A model generated the notes under the pieces. It was not told where the DNA came from. It worked only from the letters and a program-made list of their open reading frames with translations, and searched no databases. A stretch of DNA of 64,000 bases from Sulfurospirillum sp. (GTDB lineage: Bacteria; Campylobacterota; Campylobacteria; Campylobacterales; Sulfurospirillaceae), in NCBI GenBank assembly GCA_045047115.1, contig JASFYR010000008.1:77278-141277 (forward strand). The letters run 5' to 3'. Shown in pieces: positions 1-10,263 of this stretch; position 1 is the stretch's first letter; each line of letters begins with the position of its first letter. A program made the position numbers and the translations under genes.

Positions 1-278
1 ATCACTCTTTCTTGCCGGCTTTCATCGGCGCAAATCCCTACAAGCAAGCCTATAAGAGAGGTGTTAAAATCATCGGTGCAACTGCACACTTTGTAAACAA
101 CAATCTGGATGAAGGACCTATTATCGCTCAGGATGTTATATCGGTAAATCATGAATTAAATTGGAAAGACATGCAAAAAGCTGGCAGAAATGTAGAAAAA
201 ACTGTGCTTTCAAATGCACTTGATTTGGTTTTTGATGACAAAATCTTTGTTTATCAAAACAAAACGGTGATTTTCTGA
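1..278 (+). CDS. purU: Formyltetrahydrofolate deformylase (5' end outside window)
   Basis: HSFLPAFIGANPYKQAYKRGVKIIGATAHFV...LDEGPIIAQD and C-terminal NKTVIF are typical of PurU. Confidence 0.95.
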   Translation, partial: HSFLPAFIGANPYKQAYKRGVKIIGATAHFVNNNLDEGPIIAQDVISVNHELNWKDMQKAGRNVEKTVLSNALDLVFDDKIFVYQNKTVIF

Positions 279-757
279 TGTTTAATATCGTCTTGGTTCA
301 CCCACAAATCCCACAAAATACTGGAAGCATAGGCAGAATATGCGTAAATACAGACTCACGACTTCACATCATAAAACCGACTTGCTTTGAGATAAATGAC
401 AAAAATGTAAAAAGAGCAGGATTGGACTATTGGCATCTTTTGGATATAACAGTATGGGAAAGCCTAGATGAGTTTATGGATGCAAATTCTAGGTATTTAG
501 ACAGATTTTTCTTCTCCACTACAAAGAGTAAGAAGCCATATTTCCAAGCAGATTTTAGAGATGGAGATTTTATATTTTTTGGTGGAGAATCAACAGGTTT
601 ACCTATGGAGTTGATGAGCAAAAAGTGGGAAAATGCCGTCACGATTCCTATGGGAAAAAACGGAAGAAGTCTAAACCTCTCTGTTGCAGTGGGTATAGTG
701 CTTTATGATGCCATAAGACAAAATTTTAGTTCCCTTGAGGCATTTGTTGATTTTTGA
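278..757 (+). CDS. trmL: tRNA (cytidine(34)-2'-O)-methyltransferase, SpoU family
   Basis: PQIPQNTGSIGR, KRAGLDYW, FGGESTGL, RSLNLS motifs. Confidence 0.93.
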   Translation: MFNIVLVHPQIPQNTGSIGRICVNTDSRLHIIKPTCFEINDKNVKRAGLDYWHLLDITVWESLDEFMDANSRYLDRFFFSTTKSKKPYFQADFRDGDFIFFGGESTGLPMELMSKKWENAVTIPMGKNGRSLNLSVAVGIVLYDAIRQNFSSLEAFVDF

Positions 758-1892
758 TATAGTCTTTATCGGAGCAGGGGCCAGCTCCTTAATGGCTGCT
801 TCATTTTTGCAAAATCTCTCAATTGCTTTGATAGACAGCTCAGCAAAAATTGCACCAAAAATAAAGATTTCAGGCGGTGGTCGATGTAACTTTACAAATG
901 CAAATATCAGTAGCAAAAATTATCTAGGAAACAGTGAGTTTGTAGAGAGGACATTTGAGAGTTTCGGGCAAAAAGAGCTGTTGGAATTTTTCAAATCCAA
1001 TGGGCTTTTGTATGAACGAAGAGATAGCGGAAAATATTTTTGTAAGAAGAGTTCTAGTGATATCATAGATATATTTGCCAAACTAAATAGAAAATCTACT
1101 TTTTTTCTATCTCAAGTAGTGCAAAATGTTGAGCATAAAGAGTGTTTCACGATAAAAACAGATAAAAAGATCATAAAAGCAAAAAAAATAGTAGTTGCTA
1201 GTGGAGGCTTGAGTTACAAGAGTTTGGGTGCAAGCGATATTGGCTATATAATAGCTCAAAAATTTGGTCATAATATAGTAACTCCGATTCCTGCTTTGGT
1301 TGGTTTTACGCTTCAAAAAGAGCAGTTTTGGATGAAAAGCTTAAGTGGTATATCTCTTGAAGTTGCTCTACATGTAGAAGGTAAAAAATTTGTTGATGAT
1401 ATGCTTTTTGCTCACAAAGGAGTGAGCGGACCAGCTGTTTTATCGGCTTCATTATACTGGAAAAAGGGTCTGATAAGTGTTGATTTTGCTCCAAATATAG
1501 ATATATCAAAGCTATTACATCAAAAAAGTAAAAAGCATATAAGCTCTATCCTTCCCTTCCCAAAAAGATTTATCAAAGAGTATTTAAAATCTATCCATTT
1601 GGACGATGTAGCAGTAGATAGATTGAGTGAGTTTCAAATACAGAAGTTGTGCAAACTCAAATCTTACAAATTTGCACCTGCTGGCAACTTTGGATATTCT
1701 AAAGCAGAAGTCACCAAAGGTGGTGTGAGCAGTGATGAGATAAATTATTTAACATTTGAGAGTATAATGAAGAAGAATTTGTACTTTATCGGTGAAGTAC
1801 TTGATATTACGGGCGAGCTTGGTGGCTACAATTTTCAGTGGGCTTTTTCATCAGCAGCTGTGATGGCAAAAAATATGGAGAGAGATTTATGA
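735..1892 (+). CDS. HI0933/BaiN-family flavoprotein oxidoreductase
   Basis: GAGAS, KISGGGRCNFTN, AEVTKGGV, GELGGYNFQWAFSS motifs; exact start uncertain. Confidence 0.9.
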   Translation: MRHLLIFDIVFIGAGASSLMAASFLQNLSIALIDSSAKIAPKIKISGGGRCNFTNANISSKNYLGNSEFVERTFESFGQKELLEFFKSNGLLYERRDSGKYFCKKSSSDIIDIFAKLNRKSTFFLSQVVQNVEHKECFTIKTDKKIIKAKKIVVASGGLSYKSLGASDIGYIIAQKFGHNIVTPIPALVGFTLQKEQFWMKSLSGISLEVALHVEGKKFVDDMLFAHKGVSGPAVLSASLYWKKGLISVDFAPNIDISKLLHQKSKKHISSILPFPKRFIKEYLKSIHLDDVAVDRLSEFQIQKLCKLKSYKFAPAGNFGYSKAEVTKGGVSSDEINYLTFESIMKKNLYFIGEVLDITGELGGYNFQWAFSSAAVMAKNMERDL

Positions 1893-3082
1893 GATATTTT
1901 ATAGTAGTTTTTTTAGTTTTAACTTCGCTTTTTGCAAAAGATTTTAAGATTGCTACCTACAATGTACAAAATCTTTTTGATTTACAAAAAAATGGAGGCG
2001 AGTATAAAGAGTATATACCAAATACAAAATCAAAGTGGAACAAGAAAAATTTCAGTATAAAATTGAAACATATTTCAAAAGTGATAAAAGATTTGAAAGC
2101 GGACATTATAGCTTTGGAAGAAGTTGAAAATCTTAGTGCAGCAAGAGCTTTAAACAGGGCATTGAAAAGTAAAAAATACCCATATATCTATACTTTTTTA
2201 AAAAAATACAAAAATACAATAGACAGCGTGGTTTTTTCAAGATACAAAGTGGCAAATAAATATTCGCTCAAAGTGGATGGATACCCAAGAGCTATACATG
2301 TTTTGAAATTCTACCTTGATCACCATAAACTAACGCTCTATATAAATCACTGGCCGGCATACAAACACGGATATAAGGCTAGAGCTGCTTATGCCACAAA
2401 ATTAAAATCTGCACTAAACAGTAAAGAAGAGAGTGTAATTTTAGGGGATCTAAATACCCCCTTGAGAGTAGAAAAAAATGGCTGGGGAAAGAGCTTGAGA
2501 GATATTTTGGATTCCGGAAATTTTAAAAAACCACTTTATGATTTATGGTATGAAGTACCGCCTACTATAAGATATACTCATGTTTATGGAAGAATTAAAA
2601 ATGCACTTGACCACATCATAGTCACCAAAAATCTTTTTAACGATAGAGGTTTTGAATATAAACCAAACTCTTTTGGAGTTTTTAGACCAAAATATTTAAT
2701 AGACAAGTATGGTTATCCCAAAAGATGGAAGCTTAAAAACGGTAAAGTTCATTTGGGAGTTGGGTATTCGGACCACCTTCCTATATATGCAACTTTTCAG
2801 ACGAAACCATATAGCAAAAAAGTCCTGCAAAGTGTAAGTATAAGCTATCTGAAAGGTATGTTTAATGATATGATGCCTGTTGTTTTAAAAAATGTAGAGG
2901 CCATAAGGGTTGACAAGTATGGAATCACTATAGCAGACGGAAAAGATAGAATAAAAATTTATCTGCCGGATGAAAAATTTGAAAAAGGCAAGAAGTATGA
3001 TATTTTAGTTAAAAGAATAGGAAAATATCATAGAAATATGGAGATAAGACTCTGTAGAATCATAAGAAAGGTTGGTAAATAA
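1889..3082 (+). CDS. Secreted endonuclease/exonuclease/phosphatase-family protein
   Basis: Signal peptide from ATG 1889 (ATGA overlap with upstream stop); ATYNVQNLFD, LEEVEN, GDLN, LDHI, YSDHLP motifs. Confidence 0.88.
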   Translation: MRYFIVVFLVLTSLFAKDFKIATYNVQNLFDLQKNGGEYKEYIPNTKSKWNKKNFSIKLKHISKVIKDLKADIIALEEVENLSAARALNRALKSKKYPYIYTFLKKYKNTIDSVVFSRYKVANKYSLKVDGYPRAIHVLKFYLDHHKLTLYINHWPAYKHGYKARAAYATKLKSALNSKEESVILGDLNTPLRVEKNGWGKSLRDILDSGNFKKPLYDLWYEVPPTIRYTHVYGRIKNALDHIIVTKNLFNDRGFEYKPNSFGVFRPKYLIDKYGYPKRWKLKNGKVHLGVGYSDHLPIYATFQTKPYSKKVLQSVSISYLKGMFNDMMPVVLKNVEAIRVDKYGITIADGKDRIKIYLPDEKFEKGKKYDILVKRIGKYHRNMEIRLCRIIRKVGK

Positions 3083-3207
3083 TGTTTGATAATATAATGC
3101 TAGGCGCATTTGTCCTGTTTATGATTTGGATGATGATAGGGTTCTTTCAACAAATGGAAAGACGAAAAAAAGAGAGAGAAGAAAAAGAAAAAGAGAAAGA
3201 TAAATAA
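3082..3207 (+). CDS. 41-aa single-pass membrane protein, not in the ORF track
   Basis: TAATG overlap with upstream gene; MFDNIMLGAFVLFMIWMMIGFFQQMERRKKEREEKEKEKDK = hydrophobic helix plus charged tail. Confidence 0.65.
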   Translation: MFDNIMLGAFVLFMIWMMIGFFQQMERRKKEREEKEKEKDK

Positions 3208-3262
3208 AAGCACATTTTAGATAGAATATAATCCTTAAATTTATATAATCGAGGTTTTTTAT

Positions 3263-5305
3263 ATGAGCAAACCACTACTTATTGAGATCGGTGTCGAGGA
3301 GCTTCCGGCTATACCCTTTCTTAAAGAATATCCAAATATCGAGAAAAAATACAGTCAAATTTTACAAAATTATTCACTTCTGTGCGAGTTTGAGTTTTAC
3401 TACACACCCAGAAGATTAGTTTTGTGGCATCGTGAGTTTCCACTTCACCAAGCTGATAAGGAGGAGGAGTTTTATGGTGCACCTCTTAGCATAGCATACA
3501 AAGACGGAGCTCCAACACCAGCGGCTTTAGGTTTTGCCAAAAAATGCAAAGTCAGTGTAGATGAGCTACAGACTGCCACAAAAGGCAGCAAAGAGGTATT
3601 GTATTATAAAAAAATCACCAGTGGAGGTGAATCAAAAGAGGCGATAGGTAAAATTGTAGATGAGTTTTTAAAGAGTCTAAGTTTTGGAAAATCTATGAGA
3701 TGGGGATATAATGAAGAGAGTTTTATCAGACCTATTCGCTCTATTGCCTGTCTGCTTGGAGATGAGATTGTAGAGTTTGAGAGTTTTGGCGTGAACTCTT
3801 CAAACAAGGTATACCCGCATAGACACATCTCTTACGAGCCTTTCTCTTTCGATTTTGCCGGTGATTATTTCAAAAAGATAGAAGAGAGCGGAATTACACT
3901 TTTTGCAGATGAGAGAGAGAAGAAGATTTTAGAAGATTTTAGAACTATAGAGGAACAAAATGGTGTAAAGATCGAGATAGACTCTGATTTGCTTGCCGAA
4001 GTTGTGGCGATCACAGAGCATCCCAAAGCCTTGATAGGAAGCTTTGATGAGGAGTTTTTGAGAGTTCCTGCTGAGGTGATTATGACTTCCATGAAAGAGC
4101 ATCAGAGGTATTTTCCTGTATTTAAAAAAGGTACTTTGACAAATAATTTTATTGTCGTAAGCAATGCTATAAGTGATGATTATAGTTTAATTGTCAGTGG
4201 AAACGAGAAGGTTTTGAGAGCAAGACTGAGTGATGCTCTGTTTTTCTATGAAAATGATTTGAAAAACGGTTTGGATTTTTCAGGGCTGAAAGATATACTC
4301 TTTTTGGATAGTCTAGGCTCTGTTTTTGACAAAGAGATGCGAGAAAAAAATATAATAGACTATTTGTATAAAAAGTATGAAAATAGACTTTTGGAAGAGA
4401 GTAGTGACAAAGACAAACTTTTGGATTTGCTACATCGTTCTGTGCTCTTTTCAAAAGCTGATTTGCTTAGTGAAGTTGTTTATGAGTTTACAGAGTTGCA
4501 AGGCTTGATGGGTTACTACTATGCAAAAGCAGCTGGTGATGATGAGTTGGTGGCGCTATCTATAAAAGAGCAGTATCTGCCAAACAGTGAAGAGAGCCTC
4601 TTGCCTAGCACTCTTTTCAGCTCTTTGGTAGCACTCTCAAACAAGCTTGACTCTTTGATAGCTCTATTTAGCATAGGTAGAATTCCAACAGGAACAAAAG
4701 ATCCTTTTGCATTAAGAAGAGCAGCAAATGGTATCATCAAGATAGTGCTTGAATATGGCTTGAAATTTAATATAGCAGAAGATTTGCATGCTATATCAAG
4801 ACAGTACAAGAGTTTTGATATTGGTCTGTTGGAACAGTTTTTCATAGAGAGAATATATCAATTTTTTGATGTAAATCCATCGGTTATAAAGGCTGTGTTA
4901 GACAGTGGTGAGAGAGATATAGTGAAGCTCTCATTGAAGATAGAAGCACTTAGCAAAATAGTAAACAGTGATGGTTTTAAAGAGAGTTTTACCACTTTTA
5001 AAAGGATTGCAAATATCATCAAAAATCTAAATTTTGATGATATAAAGATTGACAAAAAGCTTTTGGAAACCAATGAAGAGAAGAGACTTTATAGAGAGTT
5101 TTTAAAGGTAAAAAACGGAATATTTAAGACTTATGAAGCAAAACTTGATGCTCTTTTTGCGCTAAAACCTGTTATCGATGACTTTTTTGATAATGTTATG
5201 GTGAATGTTAAAAATGAGAAGATAAAAACAAACAGACAAAATCTCATAGCTTCTATTTACCAAGAGTTTAAAGCAATTGCAGATATCAAAGAAATCTCTG
5301 TTTGA
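3263..5305 (+). CDS. glyS: Glycine-tRNA ligase beta subunit
   Basis: LLIEIGVEELP, TPRRL, KSMRWG, HQRYF, GNEKVLRARLSDA, EFTELQG, DPFALRRAA. Confidence 0.97.
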   Translation: MSKPLLIEIGVEELPAIPFLKEYPNIEKKYSQILQNYSLLCEFEFYYTPRRLVLWHREFPLHQADKEEEFYGAPLSIAYKDGAPTPAALGFAKKCKVSVDELQTATKGSKEVLYYKKITSGGESKEAIGKIVDEFLKSLSFGKSMRWGYNEESFIRPIRSIACLLGDEIVEFESFGVNSSNKVYPHRHISYEPFSFDFAGDYFKKIEESGITLFADEREKKILEDFRTIEEQNGVKIEIDSDLLAEVVAITEHPKALIGSFDEEFLRVPAEVIMTSMKEHQRYFPVFKKGTLTNNFIVVSNAISDDYSLIVSGNEKVLRARLSDALFFYENDLKNGLDFSGLKDILFLDSLGSVFDKEMREKNIIDYLYKKYENRLLEESSDKDKLLDLLHRSVLFSKADLLSEVVYEFTELQGLMGYYYAKAAGDDELVALSIKEQYLPNSEESLLPSTLFSSLVALSNKLDSLIALFSIGRIPTGTKDPFALRRAANGIIKIVLEYGLKFNIAEDLHAISRQYKSFDIGLLEQFFIERIYQFFDVNPSVIKAVLDSGERDIVKLSLKIEALSKIVNSDGFKESFTTFKRIANIIKNLNFDDIKIDKKLLETNEEKRLYREFLKVKNGIFKTYEAKLDALFALKPVIDDFFDNVMVNVKNEKIKTNRQNLIASIYQEFKAIADIKEISV

Positions 5306-6413
5306 TTTTGCCATTATAGGTGCAGGTATCAGTGGTGCCAGTTGTGCCTATTTTTTAAAGAAACGGGGCAAAAGAGTAGTTGTTATCGACTCAGATAAGA
5401 TAGCCAACGGAGGAAGTGGAGCTGCTGGGGCTTTCTTGTCTCCTAAAATCTGCTCTCCCTCGGCATATACTGCTTTTATAAATGACTCTTTTGAATTTTC
5501 CATAAAGTTTTACCAAGATAACTTTGAGAAGTTTTTGGATATAACCGGAATTTTAAGAGTATTAAAAAGTAAAAGAGATATGGAACAATGTAGGTTTTAT
5601 GAGGATGTTTTGCCAAAAAAATTCATATATTTAAAACCACAAGATATAAAATATCTTAAAAAGGATGCTTGCAAATTTGGAGCATATTTTTTTGAAGATG
5701 GAGCACTAATAGACAGTGTAGGTGTTGTAGAAGCTATGCTAGAAGATATAGAAGTGATAGAATCTTTACATGTAGAGTCTCTAAACTATGTAGGCGGACA
5801 CTATGAGTTCGGCAACATAAAGGCAAAAGGTGTTGTTTTGTGTGCCGGAAATAGCAAAGATTTTTCTCACTTGGACTTTTTAGGATTGAAAGATATATGT
5901 GGACACAGGATAGATGTAAAAACTCTTACAAATCTTCCTTTTCATATGCACAAATCCTGCTCTATCAGTGCAAATCGTGATGGAGTGGTACATATAGGGG
6001 CTACGCATATACCAAACTATAGATACTCTAAAGATGATTGCTATAAAAAAGAGATAAAAGATATGCAGGAAAAGGCAAAATCATATCTCAATTTTGATTG
6101 TTTTGAAGTGCAAAAGATACACTTTGGAGTAAGAAACTCAACAAATGATTTTTATCCTGTCGCTGGCAGGGTGATAGATGCAAAAGAGACTTTGAAAAAA
6201 TACCCATATATCACAAAAGGCTCCAAAGTTCCAAAAGAGAGTTATGTCTACTATCCTCATATGTTTGTCCACTGTGGTCTTGGTGCTAGAGGATTTGTGT
6301 TGGCTCCGAAAACAGCAGAGATTTTAGCAAAAAATATATGCGATAATGTGCCAATAGATAAAAAATTGGACACTCAAAGGCTTTTTTTAAAATATGCAAA
6401 AAGGAAAGTTTGA
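5277..6413 (+). CDS. FAD-dependent oxidoreductase resembling the MnmC C-terminal (oxidoreductase) domain
   Basis: IIGAGISG, GGSGAAGA, IGATH, GLGARGFVLAP motifs; start uncertain. Confidence 0.75.
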   Translation: MQISKKSLFDFAIIGAGISGASCAYFLKKRGKRVVVIDSDKIANGGSGAAGAFLSPKICSPSAYTAFINDSFEFSIKFYQDNFEKFLDITGILRVLKSKRDMEQCRFYEDVLPKKFIYLKPQDIKYLKKDACKFGAYFFEDGALIDSVGVVEAMLEDIEVIESLHVESLNYVGGHYEFGNIKAKGVVLCAGNSKDFSHLDFLGLKDICGHRIDVKTLTNLPFHMHKSCSISANRDGVVHIGATHIPNYRYSKDDCYKKEIKDMQEKAKSYLNFDCFEVQKIHFGVRNSTNDFYPVAGRVIDAKETLKKYPYITKGSKVPKESYVYYPHMFVHCGLGARGFVLAPKTAEILAKNICDNVPIDKKLDTQRLFLKYAKRKV

Positions 6414-6470
6414 AACTATTTAGATAGATATAGTATAATTATACAAGAAATATAAATAAGGAATTAAAAT

Positions 6471-7271
6471 ATGAGATATTTTATATTGGTTGTTTTAGCG
6501 AGCATCGGACTAAATGCGACCATCTACTATGCAAAAGTTGAACCTGTACAAAAGTACAGCATCAAGTCAGCTGCAAGTGGAAAAGTTTTGAAATCAAAAT
6601 ACAAGATGGAGGGAAGAATCTCCAAAGGTGATGCTATTATCCATCTGGATGATGTTTTAAATAAAGAGGATTTAAAAAATTCTACTGAAAAATTAAAAAC
6701 TATAAGAGATTTGATTTCTATTACAAAAAAGAATCTTAAAAACGCCAAGAGAGTAGCTGGCATAAGAGAGAAAAACTACAATAAGATCAAAAATTTGAAG
6801 ACAAAAGCAAGAGTCGAAAAAGATAACGAACTTATAAACAGTATAAATGCACAAAATCAAGTACTAAGCCTTATGAGCAGTCTTGAAAATCTAAAGAGTC
6901 AATTAAACGATCAAAAGTATAAAATTGCTACACTAAAGGATTTGATAAGCAAAAAGAGCATATCAATCCCAAAAGGATATCTGATATATAAACTCTATCT
7001 TCAAAAAGGCGACTTTGCCGGAGTCGGTACACCTTTGGTAGATGCTTACGATATATCTCATGCAAAACTGACTGTTTATGTCTCAAAAGAGGATTACTAT
7101 TTGGCAAAAAACGGGATAATTTACTTGGATGGCAAGGCGACAAATTATAGAGTAAATAAACTCTGGGATAGTAGCGACACACAAAATATATCATCATATA
7201 AGGCGGAGATACTTATATCTGCACCAAAAGTTTTTTCAAAACTTGTAAAAGTTGAGTTTAGGAAAAGATAG
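6471..7271 (+). CDS. HlyD-like periplasmic adaptor / membrane fusion protein
   Basis: Signal peptide, lipoyl-like halves (AASGKV...KGD...G) flanking a coiled coil. Confidence 0.7.
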   Translation: MRYFILVVLASIGLNATIYYAKVEPVQKYSIKSAASGKVLKSKYKMEGRISKGDAIIHLDDVLNKEDLKNSTEKLKTIRDLISITKKNLKNAKRVAGIREKNYNKIKNLKTKARVEKDNELINSINAQNQVLSLMSSLENLKSQLNDQKYKIATLKDLISKKSISIPKGYLIYKLYLQKGDFAGVGTPLVDAYDISHAKLTVYVSKEDYYLAKNGIIYLDGKATNYRVNKLWDSSDTQNISSYKAEILISAPKVFSKLVKVEFRKR

Positions 7272-9016
7272 TGAATTTATCCACTTGTCCCCTTGATTGT
7301 TTTGACAGTTGTAGTGTTGTTTTGGGAGATGACGGTCGGCTAAAAGGCGATAAAAATCATCCCATCACTCAAGGTTTTTTGTGTCACCATTTAAACAATT
7401 ACCATAAAATCCCAAGAATTTTGAAGCCACTCTATAGAGGCAGAGAAATTGAGCTTGACGAGGCTTTAAATATACTTGTACAAAAGCTAAAACAGAGTAT
7501 GCCAGCAAAAACTCTGTACTATAAAGGCAGTGGAAATCTAGGTGCAATGCAGAGTGTAACAAGGCTTTTCTTTGACAGATATGGTGCAGTTGTCACTAAA
7601 GGTGGACTTTGTGAAGAGGCTGGAATTTATGGTATACAGGAGGGTAGAGGTGCAGCTTTGCCACTCTCTCCAAACATAGTAAAACAAAGTGATGTTGTGA
7701 TAGTTTGGGGACGAAATACAAGCATAACAAACTCTCATATGTTACCCTCTCTAAAAGGTAAAAAACTCATAGTGATAGACCCCCGCAAAACCGATATTGC
7801 CAAAAAAGCAGATATACATGTAGCGATAAAACCAAGAAGTGATCTCTGGCTTGCTATGCTTTTAAGTAGAGCTGCATATATGGAACAGATGGAAGATGTG
7901 GATTTTATAGAAAAGAGATGTGAAAATTTTGACTACTTTTTAGATGAAGTAAATGGAACTCCCATAGTCAAGCTAATGCAAAACAGCGGAGTAGGTCTGG
8001 ATGTCATAGGTGAGATACTCTCTATGATAGATGGTAAGAGAGTTACGATTTTAGTAGGAATTGGTGTGCAAAAATATAGTCACGGAAATAGTGTTTTGAG
8101 AGCTATTGACTCTTTTGCTGCACTTTTGGGGCTTTTTGACAAAGATGGTTGCGGAGTAGGTTTTATAGATGACAGCTCTTATGGTTTTGGCAAACCCTTT
8201 GCATGTAGAGCTAAAAAAAGAGTTCCAATGCCTACGATAAATTTCAGTGATTATGATATAAGCTTTATACAAGGTGGCAATCCTGTGACTCAACTCCCTT
8301 GCACCCCAAAGGTAAAAGAGGGGCTTGAGAAATCAAAATTTATAGTCTATTTTGGTCTTCATCATAATGAAACTTCAAAAATAGCGGATTTGATTATCCC
8401 TGCAAAGACTTTTTTGGAAAAAGAGGATGTTAAGCTCTCGTATGGACATGAGTATGTAGGTTTTATGCCAAAGCTCAAAGAGAGTAAAATCGGCATAAGT
8501 GAGTATGAACTCAGCTCATATCTTATGGGTGCATTTGATTATGGCAAGCTCAAGAGTGAAAAAGAGTATATAGATGAGATTGTTACTAAAAACAGTGTTG
8601 AAAAAGATGGTTTCTTAGCTTCAAAGTATCTTTTAGACTCTCCATATAGCCAAAAATTTTATACCGATAGCCAAAAATTTGAATTTTTTGATGAGTTTGA
8701 GGATGAGTTTGAGGATAAGGGAGAGTTCTTTTTGCTAGCAGTCAAACAGAATAAATCTTTGAATTCACAGTTTTATACAGATGATTTTTTAAGAGTTCCA
8801 TCAACCATTGGGCTTAGTGATGGAGATATGGTCAGGTTGACAAACGGGACATATGAATGTGAGTATGAAATAAGAGTTGACGATACTCTTAGAGATGACT
8901 GTATGGCTCTAAATTCCGGCGGAATTAGCGCAAATATGCTGACACCTCATCTTATGAGTCAAGAGGGTTATGGAGCAGTATATCAAGAATGCAAAGTGAG
9001 TATTGTAAGATGTTAG
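7271..9016 (+). CDS. Molybdopterin-dependent oxidoreductase (DMSO reductase superfamily), cytoplasmic
   Basis: N-terminal CPLDCFDSC...GFLC Fe-S motif, WGRN, VIDPRKT, ADLIIPA; no Tat leader. Confidence 0.85.
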   Translation: MNLSTCPLDCFDSCSVVLGDDGRLKGDKNHPITQGFLCHHLNNYHKIPRILKPLYRGREIELDEALNILVQKLKQSMPAKTLYYKGSGNLGAMQSVTRLFFDRYGAVVTKGGLCEEAGIYGIQEGRGAALPLSPNIVKQSDVVIVWGRNTSITNSHMLPSLKGKKLIVIDPRKTDIAKKADIHVAIKPRSDLWLAMLLSRAAYMEQMEDVDFIEKRCENFDYFLDEVNGTPIVKLMQNSGVGLDVIGEILSMIDGKRVTILVGIGVQKYSHGNSVLRAIDSFAALLGLFDKDGCGVGFIDDSSYGFGKPFACRAKKRVPMPTINFSDYDISFIQGGNPVTQLPCTPKVKEGLEKSKFIVYFGLHHNETSKIADLIIPAKTFLEKEDVKLSYGHEYVGFMPKLKESKIGISEYELSSYLMGAFDYGKLKSEKEYIDEIVTKNSVEKDGFLASKYLLDSPYSQKFYTDSQKFEFFDEFEDEFEDKGEFFLLAVKQNKSLNSQFYTDDFLRVPSTIGLSDGDMVRLTNGTYECEYEIRVDDTLRDDCMALNSGGISANMLTPHLMSQEGYGAVYQECKVSIVRC

Positions 9017-9720
9017 ATGCAGAAGTTTTGCTTGAAGATACACTGCTTTTAGTTGAACAAAATTTCTATTTTCTAAATATGGGTGAATTTTTGGGTATGC
9101 TCTGTAAAACAGAGGATTTGACAGATAGAAGTATGTTTGTAGTAAAAAAGTTTGATGAAGAAAATGCGTACTACTTCAATGCGGATATAACCTATGAGCT
9201 TCTAAAAAACGCAAGAGAATACAAACAAGATGAACTCTCTTTATTTGAGTATTTTGTAGAGTTTAATGCCTTTCGCGGAATCTGCATGGCCATGGTAGAA
9301 GCTTTGAGGCTTGAGAGTTCTTTTAAAAGATATATAGAAGATAGATTTAATGATGAATATGAAAATTTTTATGATATACTCTCTTTTGTGCGAAATGTTC
9401 TGTCGCACAACACGCATGCAGAGATAAGACTAAATGAAAAAGACTTTGCAGGTACACTAAAACGAATAAGAAGAATGAGAAGAGATGAAAAAGTAAAACT
9501 AAATTTCAGATACAGTAATGCTCTGCCCGAAATATCTCCTCCAAACAGTAAATATGGTGTCAATATAGAGATAGATTTTCTCTCCTTGAAGGTTGGAGAT
9601 GAGTTTTTGAAGATTGTTACTTTGTGGGATCTTTTTATGCTAAGCGAGCTATGTTTCAATCTTGTATTATCATTTAGGGCATTGAGCCAGCCAAAAGACC
9701 AACTCAATATTTATGATTAG
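9010..9720 (+). CDS. Hypothetical protein with an RxxxxH (HEPN-like) motif
   Basis: Long ORF overlapping the upstream stop; helical; VRNVLSH. Confidence 0.6.
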   Translation: MLDAEVLLEDTLLLVEQNFYFLNMGEFLGMLCKTEDLTDRSMFVVKKFDEENAYYFNADITYELLKNAREYKQDELSLFEYFVEFNAFRGICMAMVEALRLESSFKRYIEDRFNDEYENFYDILSFVRNVLSHNTHAEIRLNEKDFAGTLKRIRRMRRDEKVKLNFRYSNALPEISPPNSKYGVNIEIDFLSLKVGDEFLKIVTLWDLFMLSELCFNLVLSFRALSQPKDQLNIYD

Positions 9721-9734
9721 GTACTTAGTGCGGG

Positions 9735-10258
<524 letters not shown>

Positions 10259-10263
10259 CCTTA

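Noticed and set aside
8646..8716. Short duplications ATAGCCAAAAATTT and GATGAGTTTGAG in the molybdoenzyme gene
   Set aside because: Two-copy in-frame micro-repeats in a low-complexity linker; nothing suggests function
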